From Desulfobulbaceae bacterium (GTDB lineage: Bacteria; Desulfobacterota; Desulfobulbia; Desulfobulbales; Desulfurivibrionaceae), in contig SJBG01000005.1 in assembly GCA_004332195.1 (NCBI GenBank), positions 37,563 to 101,562 on the forward strand: 64,000 nucleotides of DNA. The letters are read 5' to 3'. Within the stretch, counting starts at the first letter, position 1. Each line of letters starts with the position of its first letter. Of this stretch, positions 59,772-64,000 are shown in pieces. Below the pieces are notes generated by a model that worked only from the letters and a program-made list of their open reading frames with translations, ran no database searches and was not told where the DNA came from. Both the position numbers and the translations under genes were made by a program.

Positions 59772-60114
59772 AGGATGAACTGCCTCCCGTTGACGATGAG
59801 CCTAAGGCCAGGACAAAAGCTACCTGCTCCTGCCTCAACAAAAGCCGCCTTGTGCCCCAACCGATGAATTACCGATCAATTTAGTGGAAAGCGAACGGAG
59901 CCGCAAGGACTACTACGCAGGTTGCTAGCCGAGCTACTACTACACCAAAAAAATGGCCGTGGACTTTAAGTATGAATGTAAAAATTGTGTATGTAAAAAT
60001 TATTTGTCAATTCTATGATCGATGACTATATACTAACCGACTAACTGATATGAATAAACGGATGAAGTCTGTAAATTTTAGGATCATATAACTTTTAGGA
60101 ATGGAGGGAGACAG

Positions 60115-60525
60115 ATGTCATCACTAGAGGAGGTATATCAATGCCAAACAACAAATTGTGGCTATGTTTTTGATCCGGATAAGGGAGACCGTAGGGGTAG
60201 AATAAGAAAAGGAACCCAATTTAAGAACCTTCCTGACGACTGGAGATGTACTGTTTGCGGGGCTACGGTAAAGTCATTTAAGCCTCTGGCGGGGTCCTGT
60301 GGTTCTGTTTATGCTGAAAATGTGGCAATCTCTACAGAAACTGAAACAAAAGGAGCAACAAACGAGATGAAAAAATATAGATGCGACATTTGTGGATACG
60401 TGTACGATCCAGCGATGGGTGATGATGCCGCCGGAATTGCCGCCGGAACTTCTTTTGATGATTTGTCCGATGACTATCAATGTCCGGTTTGCGGGGCAGG
60501 AAAGGACGAATTTTCTGAAATGTGA
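60115..60525 (+). CDS. Two-domain rubredoxin: CX4C rubredoxin-like domain fused to a canonical rubredoxin
   Basis: [12 protein letters not shown]...[11 protein letters not shown], then [15 protein letters not shown]...CPVCGAGK. An internal RBS (AAAGGAG) precedes the ATG at 60367. Confidence 0.9.
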   Translation: MSSLEEVYQCQTTNCGYVFDPDKGDRRGRIRKGTQFKNLPDDWRCTVCGATVKSFKPLAGSCGSVYAENVAISTETETKGATNEMKKYRCDICGYVYDPAMGDDAAGIAAGTSFDDLSDDYQCPVCGAGKDEFSEM

Positions 60526-60627
60526 ACAAAAAAAACCGTTGCGGGCAGCAAAAAATAAGCATCGTGATTGTTGGCAACGTCAAAGATCAACGATCCTCAG
60601 ACGACAATCCGTCCCGTGACAGTTGAC

Positions 60628-60670
60628 AAAAAAACGCCCTCGATATCATAAAATAACCGAGGGCGTTTTT
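60628..60670. terminator. Bidirectional intrinsic terminator between rubredoxin and groEL
   Basis: AAAAAACGCCCTCG...CGAGGGCGTTTTT. Confidence 0.8.
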
Positions 60671-60731
60671 AAAAACATACAATGACCTAGACTGCCGGAA
60701 AACGTCGGCAGTGTTGCCGGAGCTGAGCGAC

Positions 60732-60771
60732 CAGTCCCGGCGAGCATAGTCGCACTACCTCGCCGGGACTG
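60732..60771. repeat. GC-rich hairpin just downstream of groEL
   Basis: CAGTCCCGGCGAG-N14-CTCGCCGGGACTG, with extra TAGT/ACTA pairing inside the loop. Confidence 0.7.
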
Positions 60772-60807
60772 ACCGTTCAACATGGGCGGTGCCGTCGGAT
60801 TTTTTTC

Positions 60808-62463
<1,656 letters not shown>

Positions 62464-62555
62464 TTACAACTTCGATTGGAATTATTGGAATTATCGATTA
62501 GCGCTTCATCCCGCCTGCGGCGGGGCTTGTCCCCAATGCGGGTTTTTGTGTACCA

Positions 62556-62867
62556 TTACTTACAAGGAAAAACTTGCTTTTCCTCCACTACGCCGAGAAC
62601 ATCATCCTCGCGCATGATCAGAAAATCATCTCCCTCGATTTTAACCTCGGTGCCGCCATACTTGGAGAAAAGAATTCGATCACCCGCTTTAAGCTCCACC
62701 GGTACCCGCTCGCCTTTGTCGTCAAGGCGACCTTGGCCTACCGCAACCACTGTGCCCTCCGCCGGTTTTTCCTTGGCGGTGTCGGGGATGATAATTCCCC
62801 CCTTGGTTTTTCCCTCTTCCTCCAGTCGTTTGACCAAAATACGATCATTTAATGGCCGAATCTTCAT
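62556..62867 (-). CDS. groS: Co-chaperonin GroES
   Basis: [34 protein letters not shown]. Confidence 0.99.
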   Translation of the reverse strand: MKIRPLNDRILVKRLEEEGKTKGGIIIPDTAKEKPAEGTVVAVGQGRLDDKGERVPVELKAGDRILFSKYGGTEVKIEGDDFLIMREDDVLGVVEEKQVFPCK

Positions 62868-63102
62868 GGACTTCCTCCGTCTTTAAAGTTAAGTTGATGG
62901 TGATAAGGATTACTGACAAGACCGAACAAGCCCACCAAGGCAGTCCGAGAAAACCAACGAGACGCCGCGTCACCGCCGCGTCACCGCAGGATGGCACAAA
63001 CCATATACACGGCCAGCGGAAAAATCAAGAGTCGGTCAAAAAATTTTCCACGGACTATAAAATACCACAATATTGGGACGATAACAAAAACGGCTACCGA
63101 CA

Positions 63103-63999
63103 CTAGAGACGGAAAACCCAGCCATGCTGGTCGGCCGCACGGCCATGCTGAATGGCGGTAAGTTCGTGGAACAACCTTTGAGCCAGTTCTCCGGTTTGTC
63201 CCTGGTTGATCAGGCAATCTCGCCCCCGATAATGGAGCGACCCCACCGGAGAAACAACCGCCGCGGTCCCGGTGCCGAAAACTTCTCTTAAATCACCATG
63301 TTCATTGGCGGCAAGCACCTCGTCGATGGTGGTCAAGCGCTGCTCCACCTTAATTCCCCAATCCTCTAGAAGTCGCAAGACCGAATCCCGGGTAATTCCG
63401 GGCAGGATGGAGCCTGAAAGCGGCGGAGTGACAATGCGATCTTTAAAGACAAAAAAAATATTCATCGTTCCTACTTCTTCAATAAAACGTCGCTCCCGGG
63501 CATCAAGCCACAACACCTGAGTGAAACCCTGCTGCTGGGCCTCCACCGCCGCCATGATGCTGGCGGCGTAGTTGCCAGCGGTTTTGGCCTCACCGACTCC
63601 ACCGGCCACCGCCCGCACGTAGGTGTCGGTAACAAAAATACTGATCGGGTTGAAGCCCTCGGGATAGTAGGCCCCCACCGGGCTCAGGATGATAAAAAAG
63701 ACGTACTCTTTAGCTGGTCGCACCCCCAGACCAGCCTCGGTGGCCACCATGGTTGGTCTGACATAAAGAGAGGCGCCCTTAACCCGGGGCACCCATTCGA
63801 CGTCGGTCTTAAGCAAGGCCCGCAAGCCGGCGAAAACGGTCGCAACCGGCAATTGGGGCATGCACATCCGGACGGCGGAGCGATTCATTCGCTCCAGATT
63901 GGCCATGGGCCGAAAGAGATAAATACCGTCATCCGCGCCCCGGTAAACTTTCAAGCCTTCAAAGATCGCCTGACCGTAATGCAGCGCCATGGCCGCCGG
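63103..63999 (-). CDS. ilvE: Branched-chain amino acid aminotransferase (5'-partial)
   Basis: LHYGQAIFEGLK, LYVRP, AKTAGNYAAS, EEVGTMNIFF, ILPGITRDS, FGTGTAAVVSPV. Confidence 0.96.
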   Translation of the reverse strand, partial: PAAMALHYGQAIFEGLKVYRGADDGIYLFRPMANLERMNRSAVRMCMPQLPVATVFAGLRALLKTDVEWVPRVKGASLYVRPTMVATEAGLGVRPAKEYVFFIILSPVGAYYPEGFNPISIFVTDTYVRAVAGGVGEAKTAGNYAASIMAAVEAQQQGFTQVLWLDARERRFIEEVGTMNIFFVFKDRIVTPPLSGSILPGITRDSVLRLLEDWGIKVEQRLTTIDEVLAANEHGDLREVFGTGTAAVVSPVGSLHYRGRDCLINQGQTGELAQRLFHELTAIQHGRAADQHGWVFRL

Positions 64000-64000
64000 G

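Overview
This is a core-genome segment of a bacterium that, judging by gene content, is probably a Desulfobacterota / Desulfobulbales-like deltaproteobacterium (inference). It carries housekeeping loci: recQ, tRNA-Pro, bioB, metXW, lptFG, a Zn/Mn ABC transporter, tatA, fba, ppaC, clpB, trpS, dnaK-grpE, mnmE-yidC-yidD-rnpA-rpmH, hemA-ccsA-sirC, ubiD, efp, pepN, queA, hisB, hemB, hflX, groESL and ilvE. No CRISPR array, prophage, rRNA or intact transposase was seen. Five things stand out. (1) A ~140-bp MITE with 17-bp terminal inverted repeats and 4-bp target duplications is present as 5 full copies and 1 collapsed copy. (2) The DUF4390-ntrY-ntrX cluster is decayed (two large deletions, a nonsense codon, several frameshifts), and two small genes are frameshifted. 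(3) An orphan HoxH-type [NiFe]-hydrogenase large subunit has lost its whole C-terminal DPCxxCxxH metal-binding motif. (4) There are two in-frame fusions, RnpA-YidD and rubredoxin-like-rubredoxin. (5) Short tandem duplications and low-complexity in-frame insertions are scattered through conserved enzymes. A secreted beta-carbonic-anhydrase-like protein without Zn ligands and a compact activase / dehydratase-like / Cys-rich module of unknown function are the best candidates for undescribed biology. All calls come from reading the sequence by eye; no database search was run, and single-base frameshifts could be sequencing errors.
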